Shown here piece by piece: positions 42,096 through 56,590 of a DNA stretch of 64,000 nucleotides. Location: positions 27,962,001 through 28,026,000 of the forward strand of contig OX597817.1 of NCBI GenBank assembly GCA_951406725.2, in the 5' to 3' direction. A model generated the notes under the pieces. It was not told the origin of the DNA and ran no database searches. It saw only the letters and a program-made list of their open reading frames with translations. Position 1 is the first letter of the stretch. Every line of letters starts with the position of its first letter. The DNA is from Octopus vulgaris (Eukaryota). The position numbers were made by a program, and so were the translations under genes.

Positions 42096-43532
42096 GAATA
42101 CGATCAGCCAATATATATTTCGGTGAAAAATATGCATTTAGATAGATACATATTTGCATACATATCTATAAACAATCCTACCGAAATCCGCCAGCAATTG
42201 TTTCAAGCTAAATTACTGCTTTATTTATCGACTTCAGTGTCAAGATGATATCGGCATGATTTTTACTCGAAACATGAGAGGCCGGAATACATAATACATT
42301 TTATTTCATCTGCCATGCTAACGTCTGTCACTCACTGCATTTACTATTGCGTCAAACAAGTTGAGCAAAGATTTGGAAGTCGTAAAAATACGGTTTAAAC
42401 GAAAGAGTTTTTATTTTTGTTTATTTATTATTACTTGTTCTTATAGAAATTTAGAGTGAAACGGAAATATAGAAGAAAAGGAGATAAAAAATATTAAGAG
42501 ATTGAGGTCAGACTGTTCGGATTCAGTTAGTGAATATTCCCAACAGTCGCCTGTTGCAATATTCTATAGTCCACTATCAGGTGTTATATCAGAGAATAAT
42601 CTATGCTATATCGGTGAATTATGGAAGAAGACACAACTTTATGTTAAAATCAAGAACGTGAAAACACTAGTAATGATATACCTAGGCAAAAATCGATTGA
42701 CTGAAGTTCCCAATTCAAATAATATTACTGAGATATCAGGAGATTAGAAATATAGCGTCTCGTTAGAATTCGTTGTAAATTCATTAACTTAATCAATGTA
42801 GCCGAAAAATATCATGTAGTATTTGAGAGATCTTATAAAACTTTATTTAAGTTTGCTGGTACATTCGTCTTTCCAACACTGACAGATTCACAATCGTGTG
42901 CAGTTATCCTATTGTCTCAAACAATAATTTCGTTAACGATGCTACCTGGGGAATATGGATATATTTTTCACATGTCTGCCAAATGCGCAACTATTATCTC
43001 AATCGTTTACTGGTAGGCACATTGGACGGATTACTTGTTTCGTTAACGAATTCACTCCATCTATTAAATAATGTTGCGTGATTTAGGTATTACTAGACCA
43101 GAAATACGATGTAATTTTGTAAATTCTCTTATCTTCAGCTCGCTTCCACCGCTCTTTCTTAAGAATCACCTTCTGCTTCAGTAGCTTACAAACTTGTCTG
43201 CATGGAATTATATTGTTAAGTGAATACTGAGCTTTCTTAAAATCTTTATACGTTTCAAATGACTTCATAAAACACAGAACATAGTCAAAGTATATAGCAG
43301 AAAAATAAAGAAAATTCGATCAGTAGATTAACATGAAGGATGTATGAGATTCTTTTCCAAATAAAACGTTTATATTATAAATACTCATTTTCTTACCATT
43401 AATTGCCATATTTCCATGTTACACGAGAACAAACAAAACCTATTCCAGAGGGGATATACTATAGATACTGTCCGTTCATTACACATATTTGTATATGTAT
43501 ATACGTATATGTGCCTGTATATGTATATCGTG

Positions 43533-43607
<75 letters not shown>

Positions 43608-43911
43608 ATATGTATGTGTATGTATATATGTATGTGTGTATATATGTATGTATGTATGTATGTATTTATGTATATATCTATGTATGTATATATGTATATA
43701 GGTGTGGATATGGATGAGGCTTATAGGAAAAAGAACATTCTATAGATACATTATAAGTATCGTTTCACAATAAATCACAAATATATTCTATTTCAAGCCA
43801 TTCAAGCGAATGCTCAAATTTTGGCACTAGCGTATGCCAATGTGCTTCCTTGCAAATCGTCGCACATCTGCATGGAGTAAGAAATATGTGCATATTTATG
43901 TTAGACCTTGG

Positions 43912-43942
<31 letters not shown>

Positions 43943-44942
43943 GTTAAAATACATAACATGTCTCTGTGTGTGTTTAAGAAGGTAACATGTTAGTTCTACA
44001 AGTGTGGTGTTGAAGAGATTAATCCAAATAAAAGAAACTACTGCGTAACCTTCAACCCGCTAAAGAAATAGCAATTCGATAATAATAAAAAATCAAGAAA
44101 GCCTCATAAAGGTATAACAGAAAGAGAAATAGAGAATGAAAACATGTATTTGATTACAAGGACATCTTTATTTTCAGTAAATTTGATAAACTTTGTATGC
44201 ATCAAACCTGTTGTGTTGCATGGAACTGAAAAGAAAACCCTGCAAAATTTAATATATTAGCTCAAGGAGCATTGAGACTTCTAAAAACACTAGCTAAATT
44301 AACTCAGTTCATACACCCACCATCTTCTTAAACATATGAGGCAATGATGAATGATGTATTGCTAACTTTAGGAAATGACAGGAATTCTTCTAATAACTTG
44401 TTTGTAGGGTCAGGATTGGTCTTAGCCTAATCAGAAGTAAGTGCAATGATTGCTATGTGAAAAGTAGTTTTGTGTCTTCATACTTTGTTCATACATCATA
44501 CCAAGACTGTAATTTGGTAAAAAGTTCTTTCACTCAGCTATTTGAATTATCAAATAACGTTGCGGAGATTGAATTTGGAATCACTTCCGATTCCCAAGAG
44601 TCGCAAACAAGAACACAGAGTATCATACCTTCCTCTCTAAATTATTGTAAACCATAGTTTTGTCCATTGAACAGTTATTGAATGGTTCCTTTTTTAAATA
44701 ACCCGAAACTATATATTAAAGGAGGGCGCTTTAGTGATAGCATAGAATCGTAATTCATCAAAGTACTTCGTGATAATTTAGTATATCACCTTAAGATCAG
44801 AGTTCAAATATAGCGGAGAGTAACTTTTGCCATTTATTCTTTTGGTTGCAATTAAATAGAACCAGAAGCTGATTCAATTGACTGACACCATTACCATCCC
44901 CATAGAGATTAGTCAGGCATATCACCCATGGAGGAATATATT

Positions 44943-45728
44943 TATCAAGTCATCCCATAAGTTCTGTGCGATTTTACCTTTTTTTATTTAAATTGAAGGA
45001 AATTTGATAGTATTTTAGAATGTCGAATGTAATTTAAAATTATTTTTATGCATTTGTGTACATTTAAACTAATAAAATAATATTTTACAGAATAATAGAA
45101 TTAACATTTCTTTGATTAAAAGCCTTTCTAACATGGAAGTATCCAAAGAGCATTTGACACACATAATGCTTTATGAGTACAGAAAAGGAAACCAAGGGTT
45201 ATGAACCAGCACAAACCAGATCTAAAGCTGAATTACATCAAAAAAAGATTATGCTGTCAATTTGTCGGCATTATAAAAGCGTTGCATATTTTGAGCTGCT
45301 TCTAAGGAAACAAACGATCAATTCAGATGTTTACTCTCAACAACTAATGAAACTCGTGGAAGCAATCAAAGGAAAATGGCCAGAATTGGCAAATCGTAAA
45401 GGAATCGTGTTCCACCATCACGATCCTAGACCACAAACGTTTTTGCTAACTCGTGAAAAATTGCTGGAGCTAATTTTGGAAGTGATGTCACATCCAGCAT
45501 GCACCATCAGATTACCATCTATTTCGAAGATACCATAATTCCTTCAATAATGATGATGATCTGAAATCTCACTTGATTCAGTTTTTGGGTAAGGAACAGA
45601 AGTTCTATGAGCACGGAATCAAGAGGTTGCCAGAAAGATGGTAAAAAGTCATTGAACAAAATGGAAAATATATAACTGATTAAAGTTCATTCTTTGTAAA
45701 TCACCGAAATTACATTTTTGTGAACTCA

Positions 45729-45731
<3 letters not shown>
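44943..45731 (+). mobile_element. Internally deleted mariner transposon
   Basis: N-terminus MEVSKEHLTHIMLYEYRKGN fused to KAELHQKKIMLS..YFELL..QTINSDVY.QQL...ANRKGIVFHH, and the terminal KFYEHGIKRLPERW*KVIEQNGKYITD. Degenerate TIRs at both ends. Confidence 0.9.
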
Positions 45732-45827
<96 letters not shown>

Positions 45828-46010
45828 TAGTAAAAAGGTAATAAAATAAATTATTATTACCGGTGATCTAGCACAAAAGACATGTTAGCGATTAGGCTAT
45901 ATGTTATTCATTTATAAGTACGTTAAAAGGCTTCTAAAAGAAGAAGCAAGTACTAGATCACAAAAAGTGGATAAATTCAATGAAATAAAATCAAAAACGT
46001 TTACAAACTC

Positions 46011-46094
46011 GGCTCATCTTATACTGCAGTTTCGTTTTTTTTTTAGCAGTAAATATAATTTATCTGCCAAGGCTAGACTCTTCAGTAAGCAGCC
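46011..46094 (-). ncRNA. Type I hammerhead ribozyme motif, intact core
   Basis: Minus strand: GGCTG-CTTA-CTGAAGA-GT(CTAGCCTTGGCAGATAAATTATATTTACTGCTAAAAAAAA)AC-GAAA-CTGCAG-TA-TAAG-ATGAGCC. Stem I CTTA/TAAG plus distal GGCT/AGCC, palindromic stem III, GUA triplet. Confidence 0.82.
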
Positions 46095-46199
46095 TTTGTT
46101 ATCCTAGAAGTACATTTCGTTAGAAACATGTGCGGTTCTAGCGACTTGCATTCTCTAACTTTTAAGACCATTGCGCAGACGCAAAACATACCCGACAAA

Positions 46200-46248
<49 letters not shown>

Positions 46249-46733
46249 TTTTATTCACACACACATGTATCATATATAAGTACATATACTCCACTTATCT
46301 TCTTTTTCCCTCTCCCACTTCCTCTCCCTCTGTCTCTGTCTCTCGCACTCATTCTCTCAAATATTAAGTTCTAAATCTCGAGATACCCGCCGACATTAAT
46401 GTACCTTTATGATCACGTGTGTACCAACAGCTAAGTGTGTGTATGCGCGGAAAACACTTGTTACTAAATTCTTCCTACAAATGATTCCATTCAAAACGTC
46501 CAGCGTACTGTGTAATACATTTTCTCTTTTGAGGTCTTCCATTCTCTTTTATGTATTCTCGCTCTCACTTCTTTAAAATCAGTTTTTCATATTTATACAT
46601 GTATGAATTTCTCTCACCCGCTTTCTCTCAGTTACTTTCTCTTTCATCTTTTTCTTTCTCTCTCTTTGTATATATATGTATGTATATGTGTGTATATATG
46701 TGTGTTTATGTGTGTATATATGTGTGTTTATAC

Positions 46734-46776
<43 letters not shown>

Positions 46777-47908
46777 TGTGTTTATGTATGTATGTATATG
46801 TGCATGTGTGTGTATATTTATATCTCTGTCACTCACATTTTACAAACACCATCTTTCATTTGCATTCTTCTCTCTACGATATTTTTTACACTCGTTCATT
46901 CTTTAGCATTATATTCTTTATCCGATACCCTATCACATTTAATTTTCTCGTCTTTCTCACCTAAATGCGATATAGGAGCTAATTAATTCCCTTATATCTC
47001 ACTATTTTCTCACTTGATTCCATGGTGTAGAATTCGCATGCTGCTCCCCGGGTTACAAAGCGATCGATGCCAACACCTAGCCGCTGTGTCGACAAATTAT
47101 AGCGTGCGCTTTTTAGTAGGAAACCAGTAGTATTAGTACAAGCTAAGGTATGGTAACAAGAAAATAGTTTACGCGTGCACACGAAGTCACACAAACACAT
47201 ATACACACGCACACAACTTGGTCGCACATATATACTCGCAAAAACATGCAGTTACATTTGGTCATGGTTACACATGCAGAAATGTTCATTATTTAGATGT
47301 TAATGTGTATTACCACACAAATACATATGTCATATGCGCATGCTCAACTATCTCGGGCATTTTGATATATAAGAACACGGATGTACACGAGCATGTTTCT
47401 AGCTCTGACTCGGATTTCCGTCTTTCTTTCTGTCACTCTTTCTCACATTTTCTTTCATTTTTTATAAGTACAATTAAGTATGTGTTCGTGTAAGCGTATA
47501 ACATAGATATATATCGTGCATAATATATATATATATGTGCGTGTGTGTGCGTGCGTGTGTGTGTGTATGTATATTGTATAATATATGTATACACCCACAA
47601 GCACAAACATAGATATACGTAGACGCACACATACATATATATGTATACATATATACATAAATATATATATATATATACACACACATACACATATGCATAT
47701 ATACATACATATATACACATACATATATGTGTGTGTGTGTGTATACATATATATATATATATATACACACACACACGCATACATATATATACATATATAT
47801 GTGTGTGTGCATGTGTGTGTATATCCCTATCTCTCTCTGGGTTTCTCTTCTCGTCTCACCGTCTCACGTTCTCTCTTTATTCATATATATATATATATAT
47901 ATATATGC

Positions 47909-47939
<31 letters not shown>

Positions 47940-48472
47940 TATGTATGTAGGTATACATGTGTACACCACAAACTCACACACAGTATCAAGGTAACGCGGA
48001 GAGACAAACAAAGAAATGAGGGTTTGGCGGTCGCAGGATATGAAACTACACACCGGAAAATCAATTACATGATTCGATTTCCAATTGATTATTGTAGTCA
48101 TTACTCTTTATTACTCCATTAATGACCGAGGGAAAGGTATCAAGGTCGCCGTAAGTTCCCAGTTTCCCATTCCTTACAATCACTAAAATGATGAAATGGT
48201 GTGTTGCTCTGTTGACAGTTACTCTTATTACGAAAGTAGGACATCTGTTTGATTAAACGAAAGATAATTGTGTACATCCGTGCACGCGTTTAAGTGTATG
48301 TGTGTCTATGTGTAAGTGAGTCTTTGAACCTGCAACAGTGTATTGATGACGGCAGCCATTTTCCTCGTACGCGAGGAATGGTAATGAGTGCATGATTTAT
48401 GTTTGTGTAAAAACATACACAGTAACATAAACACACGCACATACACATAGACACACTTATGCACACATTCAT

Positions 48473-48508
<36 letters not shown>

Positions 48509-48521
48509 TTATGTGTGTATG

Positions 48522-48589
48522 TAGGGGTTAGGGGGTGGACAAAATAATTGAAACACCTTAACATTTCAAACAAATTCATTTTAATACAG

Positions 48590-48590
<1 letters not shown>
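48522..48590 (+). mobile_element. Possible Tc1-like terminal fragment
   Basis: AGGGGGTGGACAAAATAATTGAAACACCT resembles Tc1-type TIR sequences. Only one end is visible. Confidence 0.4.
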
Positions 48591-49364
<774 letters not shown>

Positions 49365-49366
49365 CA

Positions 49367-49493
<127 letters not shown>

Positions 49494-49498
49494 CATCA

Positions 49499-49553
<55 letters not shown>

Positions 49554-49555
49554 CA

Positions 49556-49586
<31 letters not shown>

Positions 49587-49588
49587 CA

Positions 49589-49652
<64 letters not shown>

Positions 49653-49678
49653 CGTTATTATTGTTATTATTATTATTA

Positions 49679-49731
<53 letters not shown>

Positions 49732-49734
49732 TTT

Positions 49735-49769
<35 letters not shown>

Positions 49770-49777
49770 CATTATTA

Positions 49778-49820
<43 letters not shown>

Positions 49821-49831
49821 CATTATTATTG

Positions 49832-49871
<40 letters not shown>

Positions 49872-49914
49872 CATTATTATTATTATTATTATTATTATCA
49901 TTATTGTTATTATT

Positions 49915-50155
49915 CAGGTCACTATCTGGAATCTGAATGGTCCAAGCAGTTGTATCAACACCCAGTCATAGTGCTATACCAGGTGTGTGAGCCAGCTTTT
50001 TTCTGAACAAAAGCCATGCTGCGTATTGTCCAATAGGTCATTTTCTTCTAGGAACATTATCAGTTTCTTTCTGATAATTCGTTCTATGATATGAGAAGTC
50101 AGATAGATTGGCCTGTAGATTTTTGCATCTACTTTGCTCCAACCTTTGTGGTATT
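49915..50155 (-). pseudogene. CR1/L2-type LINE RT fragment
   Basis: HKGWSKVDAKIYRPIYLTSHIIERIIRKKLIMFLEENDLLDNTQHGFCSEKSWLTHL (YRPISLTS and QHGF motifs). Confidence 0.8.
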
Positions 50156-51308
50156 TGCCTATGTGTGTGTGTGTCTGTGTGTGAGTGTGTGTGTGTGTGC
50201 GTGTGTGTGTAATTAGATATGCAACATTGTATATGTGCATACTGTATGTGCGTGTTTGGTGTGTTTAATATAATGTTCTTAAAACTTTAATCAGAGATTT
50301 TGCTTAAACTTGTATGCACACGCTCGTAAGAACTTGCAGACAGGCATGATAGACAAAAGAGAAAAATATATATGAAGTGGAAGTTGGGAAATCAGACTCA
50401 TACGAGCTTTAGGGTATTAAGATAGTGTTTGAGAGTTGAAGGGAATGTATTTGACAGAAATAGAAAAATAGTGCAGCCTTTTATATGTGGAAACCAGAAG
50501 GGGTAAAAGGAAGCGTGATGGTTACAAGCGTAAAACATTGAGATAAAAAAAAGGCGTAAATGTGTGAGGATGTTAGCAAGTTTAAGAAGAATAATGAAAG
50601 AGACTAGAATACATGAAAATAGTTGAGTAATTGTAAGATAAGTATGGAGGTAGTTATTTAAATGAAGTGTTAGTGTGAGTAAATTTGTAAAAGAGTGAGT
50701 ACATGAGAAGGATGAATGTGTGTGAGTGAAAAAAAATGGAAGGAGAGAAGATGAGAAAGGAGCATATACTTGCTGAATATTACTAAGAGACAGTGTTATT
50801 CACCACGTTGTTTAAGTTTTCTTTTCAAAATAATGAAAGCAAACGTGTCATATTCCTGTCATCTCAGATTGGACGTACAGTTTGAATAAATAAATGGAAG
50901 ACTGTAAGTAACGTTTCAAACAATGAATGAAAAAGGACGTCTTTTCTTTCCTTGTGAAAATTAGTGAATATACACGCGGTGGTAGAAATCTGAGAAAACA
51001 TAGTTTTAATATGAAAGTAATTGTTACATACAAACAACCATATGTAAATTGTTAAGAAAAAGCAACACTCTTACTCTATAAGTAAAGATAATTACGACCA
51101 ATGACGGTTCTGATACGAATCTTGTGCTCAAATTAATATCAGACTGCGAATTGTAGTTTCAAAACTATTAAAATTACTGAAAATGGAACTTCAATTATTA
51201 TTTTTTTTTTGACGAGACAAACTCTCGCTTGTTCCCTCCCCACTCCCAACACGAATTTGGGTTTTATCTTGTCGATTATACTGTGCAACGCATGAAATCT
51301 GAACTAAT

Positions 51309-51690
51309 GCAATGGCCCAGTGGTTAGGGCAGCGGACTCGCGGTCGTAGGATCGCGGTTTCGATTCCCAGACCGGGCGTTGTGAGTGTTTATTGAGCGAA
51401 AACACCTAAAGCTCCATGAGGCTCCGGCAGGGATGGTGGTGATCCCTTGTATACTCTTTCACCACAACTTTCTCTCACTCTAACTTTCTGTTTCTGTTGT
51501 ACCTGTATTTCAAAGGGCCGGCCTTGTCACTCTCTGTGTCACACTGAATATCCCCGAGAACTACGTTAAGGGTAGACGTGTCTGTGGAGTGCTCAGCCAC
51601 TTACACGTTAATTTCACGAGCAGGCTGTTCCGTTGCTCGGATCAACCGGAACTCTCATCGTCGTAACCGACGGAGTGCTTCCATCCCATC
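51309..51690 (+). mobile_element. SINE group C, tail type 3
   Basis: Same head as 13878. After CAACTTTCTCTCACTCT it continues into CCTTGTCACTCTCTGTGTCAC...GTGTCTGTGGAGTGCTCAGCCACTTACACGTTAATTTCACGAGCAGGCTG. Confidence 0.88.
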
Positions 51691-52137
51691 CATTTGTTTT
51701 AAATTTAAGGTAGAGATAAATCATTAACTGTTGTCTTTCTCATGAACAATAAACACAGCACTCTCTCCTTCATACATTACCAATGGTTTCCCTTAGGATA
51801 ACTCTACAGACGCAATCACCTGCAACTTTCACTACCGAGACAAGGCATAAATAAATAATGTTGCATGGATCAATCACCTAAGAGGAAAATAATCACCTCG
51901 AGTCAAATAATGACTTGATTTGTCGGTGAAAATAATTAATTGAATGAGCGAAAAAACTTTCTGTTACCAAATGTATTTCTCAAAAGTAGTATGTTTAAAA
52001 GATTAAATGCATTGTTTTATGTTTTCCATGTTCTACCACTACATAGTTGGTATTGGCTAATGAAATGGCAGCTCATATCTCATTACTCGTGTTGTTGCCT
52101 TTATCAAATAACTAATTTTTACTATCCTATTCACATA

Positions 52138-52310
52138 GGCGTAGGAGTGGCGGTGTGGTAAGTAGCTTGCTTACGAACCACATTGTTCCGGGTTCAGTCC
52201 CACTGTGTGGCACCTTGGACAAGTGTCTTCTACTATAGCTTCGGGCCGACGAAAACCTTGTGAGTGCATTTGGTAGACGGAAACTGAAAGAAACCCGTCG
52301 TATATATGTA

Positions 52311-52350
<40 letters not shown>

Positions 52351-52564
52351 TGTGTGTCTGTGTTTATCCCCCCAATATCGCTTGACAACCAATGCTGGAG
52401 TGTTTACGTCCCCGTAACTTAGCGGTTCGGCAAAAAAGACCGATCGAATAAGTACTAGGCTTACAAAGAATAAGTCCTGGGGTCGATTTGCTCCACTAAA
52501 GGCGGTAAACACTCCAGCATGGCCACAGTCAAATGACTGAAACAAGTAAAAGAGTAAAAGAGTA
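52138..52564 (+). mobile_element. SINE group A
   Basis: End-to-end match to other group A copies. Confidence 0.92.
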
Positions 52565-53044
52565 TAAGCTTCACATTGGTGGTGAGGGGGCTGATTCGTA
52601 ACAGGGTCACATAGAACTTTTAACGTTATTTGTTGTAACGTTTCATGCTTTGAGTTGAAATCTCACCAAGGTCAGTTTTGTGCTTCATCTTTTAGGGATC
52701 AACAACATAAAGTATGAGGCCAGAGTGGTAGACAGGTAGACCTGTGAAAATGTTAAACCTAGTGGAGTTTGTACTTTCTTCCATATCTGTTCTGAGTTTA
52801 AATCCTGCGATTGCTTACATGAATGGTTGATTTAATCTGTCACCTAATTAACACTGCCACCTGATACACTGCGTGCCTTAAGTAGAGACTACTTTGCTGA
52901 CAGCATTGCGGCCAGAGATGCAGTTTAAGAATATATTAACTCAATCAGTCTTCCTTCCCCTCGGACTAAAAAACTGCGAATAAACTACTGAACAACGAAA
53001 CGATATTTCGTCTTTCGAAGCTGGTGCACGATATACCTTTTATC

Positions 53045-53425
53045 TTTCATCTTTTATTTGTTCCAATCAAAAGACTGAGGCCATGCTGGAGGAGCACCGT
53101 GAAAAATTTTAGTCGAACGAATCGACACCAGTGCTTATTTTGTTTAGGTCTAGTACTTATTGTATCGGTGACTTTTGCCGATCTGCTAAGTTACGGAGTT
53201 GTAAGCACATCAGCACCGTTTGTCAAACGGCGTTAGGGGAGAAATACAGAAACAAAGATACACGCACACACACACATATCTATACGACGGTATTGTTTCT
53301 TTTTCCGTCATCCAATTCCACTCACAAGACTGCGTTCGGCCGAAGCATTGGTCAGCCAGAGTAGCAGAAACCTGCACAAGATGCCAGGCGTTGGGAAGAA
53401 AACGTCTTACCACAGAGCCATTTTT
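53045..53425 (-). mobile_element. Diverged SINE group A
   Basis: GGCCATGCTGGAG..GCACCG, TAGTACTTAT, CCACTCACAAG and CTTACCACAGAGCCA motifs. Confidence 0.7.
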
Positions 53426-54396
53426 GCATTTAACTAATGCAATTGCGGGAAGCTATACATATCTGAAGTTACTAGGAGAAATTACTTGTTGATGAAACTG
53501 CCTGACTGAATATAATCATTCAATTACTATCTTTCATCGTATTTTGAATTATGTGAAATGTGTCTTCAAACGCACACTCCTTCTGCTCACTTGAAAACAT
53601 GAAATCTTTTACCTTCACAATATTTCGGTATTCGTACCTTACAAACTTGAAAGTCGATTTCATTCTATCAGGTGGAAAATCAGCTATATATATGTCAACC
53701 TTTATTATTTTGTTGCAAAATGGATGTGTAACAACGTGCAAACTTTTATTATTTTCCTTTTTTTCTGTTGCAAAACAAAAATGAAAAAAACTAACAAATG
53801 AATCAGAATAAAACTGCCTTGCGTGTTTGTTCGGTCTCGAACAGATGAGATCATCCAAAATGACAAATTTAGAACTTCCAGAGTTCTGGCAGCCTTCTAT
53901 AGAGTGACAGATTGAGGATAATTTCCTCTGCCGTGAATGACGCCAAAACCAATATCCTAAAAACGCAGGGCAGATCATTGGTTTCCGAGCAAAGAAACTC
54001 GGTTATATAGTAACAGTACTGACAGCATGTTATTTTTTTTTTTGTTTAGAATGTTTTTTTCAAATCTATTTACACGGCATTAAATTCTGTCCCTTTCTCT
54101 AGTCTCTCGCATTCAGATGTACATACGCATATATATATATATATGCGTGAGTACAGTAATGAGTCAAAATCTTTATAAGTACATTTACATGCTATGGATG
54201 AGGCATCGTTGGTAATCTTTTGATTTCTAATATATGTATATGTATATGCATGTGAGTATGACTATATGTATAAAGATAGATAGATAGGTAGATAGAGAGA
54301 GAGAGAGAGATTGATTGATAGATAGATAGATAGATAGATAGATAAACATATAGACACACACACACACAAAGATTACAGACAGACAGATAGACTGAC

Positions 54397-54487
<91 letters not shown>

Positions 54488-54705
54488 CTCCGACCTGATG
54501 AGCTCAAAGGCGCATGAAGTCGGAATTTATTTTGGCTTCCAAAGCGTTTAGGCGACTGACAGTGCAGAAACCCACCGTCGCTTGTTCGGCACCCCAGCTA
54601 CTCCTAGTACTCATTTTCTGCAGATTGGATGAGGAGAATTAGAACGAAATACTTTGACCAATTAAACATAGTGCAGTACGGTCTGCGTGCCTATACATAC
54701 ATACA

Positions 54706-54736
<31 letters not shown>

Positions 54737-54754
54737 CATACATACATACATACA

Positions 54755-55203
54755 GTAGCTCATAATAAAAAGGAGTTCTGGTGGGATGTCGCAGTGAAGA
54801 CCTTAATAAAATGTAAGTACAACAGACCTGATAATAGTTTAGGAAAGAGAAGAGATACTGTATACAGTTGTGGAAATTAGCTGCCCAGCAGATGTTAACA
54901 TAAAGCTGAAGATCAGTGAAAAAGAGAATACCTACTCTGAATTAATAAGAAATCTGCACTTACTCTATCCAGATTATAAGTTCAGATTTATATCTCTAAT
55001 CATTGGGGCCCTGCGATATGTAACACACTGCCTAAATACCGATCTTGAGAAATTAGGCTACTAAAAACCAGAACTGTAGGAATTTGTAAAACTGTCCAGG
55101 AGTTTATCATTTAAATATATATAAGCCTGTCTAGAAATGCAACAATATGCATGAGAATATATACATAAAAGAAAACATACAAATTTGCACATATACATAA
55201 AAA
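54755..55203 (+). mobile_element. 5'-truncated RLE LINE fragment inserted in (TACA)n (copy 1)
   Basis: HNKKEFWWDVAVKTLIKCKYNRPD...VEISCPADVNIKLKISEKENTYSEL...IIGAL (PD-(D/E)xK RLE). (TACA)n on both sides. Confidence 0.82.
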
Positions 55204-55281
55204 TACATACATACATACATACGTACATTCATACATACATACATACATACATACATACATACATACATACATACATACATA

Positions 55282-55606
55282 CAGCTAAAAATCAGCGAAA
55301 AAGAGAATACCTACCTTGAAGTATTGAGAAATCTGCAATTACTCTATCCAGATTACCTGTATTTAGTTTTATACCTGTATTTATTGGGGCGTTGCGATAT
55401 GTAAATACCAGTCTCGTAAAATTAAGTATCTCAACATCAAAAAGGAGAAGGTTGATTCGAAGAATACTGATTCTATCAATCACTGGAACTGTAAAAATCT
55501 GTAAAACTTTCCAAAATTTATCATTTAAGTATATATAAGCATGTCTAGTTATGCAAGTATGTGCATGAGTATACATGCATAAGACAGAACATACAAAACT
55601 GCTTGT
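55282..55606 (+). mobile_element. 5'-truncated RLE LINE fragment in (TACA)n (copy 2, tandem)
   Basis: Repeats ATCAGYGAAAAAGAGAATACCTAC...TTACTCTATCCAGATTA...TTTATCATTTAA.TATATATAAGC.TGTCTAG of copy 1 and ends in (CATA)n. Confidence 0.8.
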
Positions 55607-56467
55607 ATACATGCATACATACATACATATATACATACATATGTGTGTATAGGTGTGTATGTGTGTGTATAAGTATGTGAGTATGGATGTGTGTGCGTGT
55701 ATATGTAGCTATGCTCCAACGTGGACGAGGTTTAATGAGTTGACCATGTTAAAGATTAATATATATATATTGATACACTGCCGGAATACATACAAGATCG
55801 CATGAATAGTAACCAAAGGATACCCATGCACCCCCGTAGTGTCATCTTAATCAGTTTATTTTGAAATAGGTAACATATTCTACTCGAAATATACTGCGGG
55901 TGATAGACCTGACTACAACTGCTCATACGACAAATTTTCTCCGACCAACTTATGTAGTTTTGGCTAACAGTCCGTCCCTATGCCCCCAAATTCTTTCAAA
56001 ACACATTTCCTACAAACCTACTGGGATTCAGCAGAATATCTATTGCATGGACATCGAATATTAATTATTATTTCCTAGTAAAGAAGCTGACAAAATAATA
56101 CTTGACAATTCCTCAAATTTTCTTTTGTGGATAATAATATACATGCTGACTTGTAGTTAAGTTTCAAATGTGATTTTATTCTCTAGTCACTTTGTCTTTA
56201 CTTTAATCTCTCAATTATTTCAAATGTGTATTTAGATATTCGATATGAAATTTATTCAAGTATGTTTAACAGTTTGATATTTAAGTATATTTATCTTATA
56301 GTTGATTATTTTCTTTCAATGGCTTCGTCTGATGAGAGGACTTCTGAGACAAGTTAAATGAATACAGTTAAATGAATAACGTATATCTATAAGGCGACGA
56401 CCGTAAGGAACGTAAGAGTTTTGGAAATGAATAGCAGTAACCTGATTAGGGGAGAGTTTACCAAGTG

Positions 56468-56516
<49 letters not shown>

Positions 56517-56526
56517 CGTATATATA

Positions 56527-56580
<54 letters not shown>

Positions 56581-56590
<10 letters not shown>

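Noticed and set aside
47031-47147. Possible exon with AG acceptor and AAG|GTATGG donor
   Set aside because: Stops in all three frames and no neighbouring exons are recognisable.
54489-54525. CTGATGAG inside a TCCGAC/GTCGGA stem
   Set aside because: No GAAA/UH in hammerhead geometry. The surrounding sequence looks like a decayed SINE.
56325-56445. CTGATGA with a distant GAAA near the long palindrome
   Set aside because: Stems I and III cannot be formed convincingly. At best a heavily decayed hammerhead.
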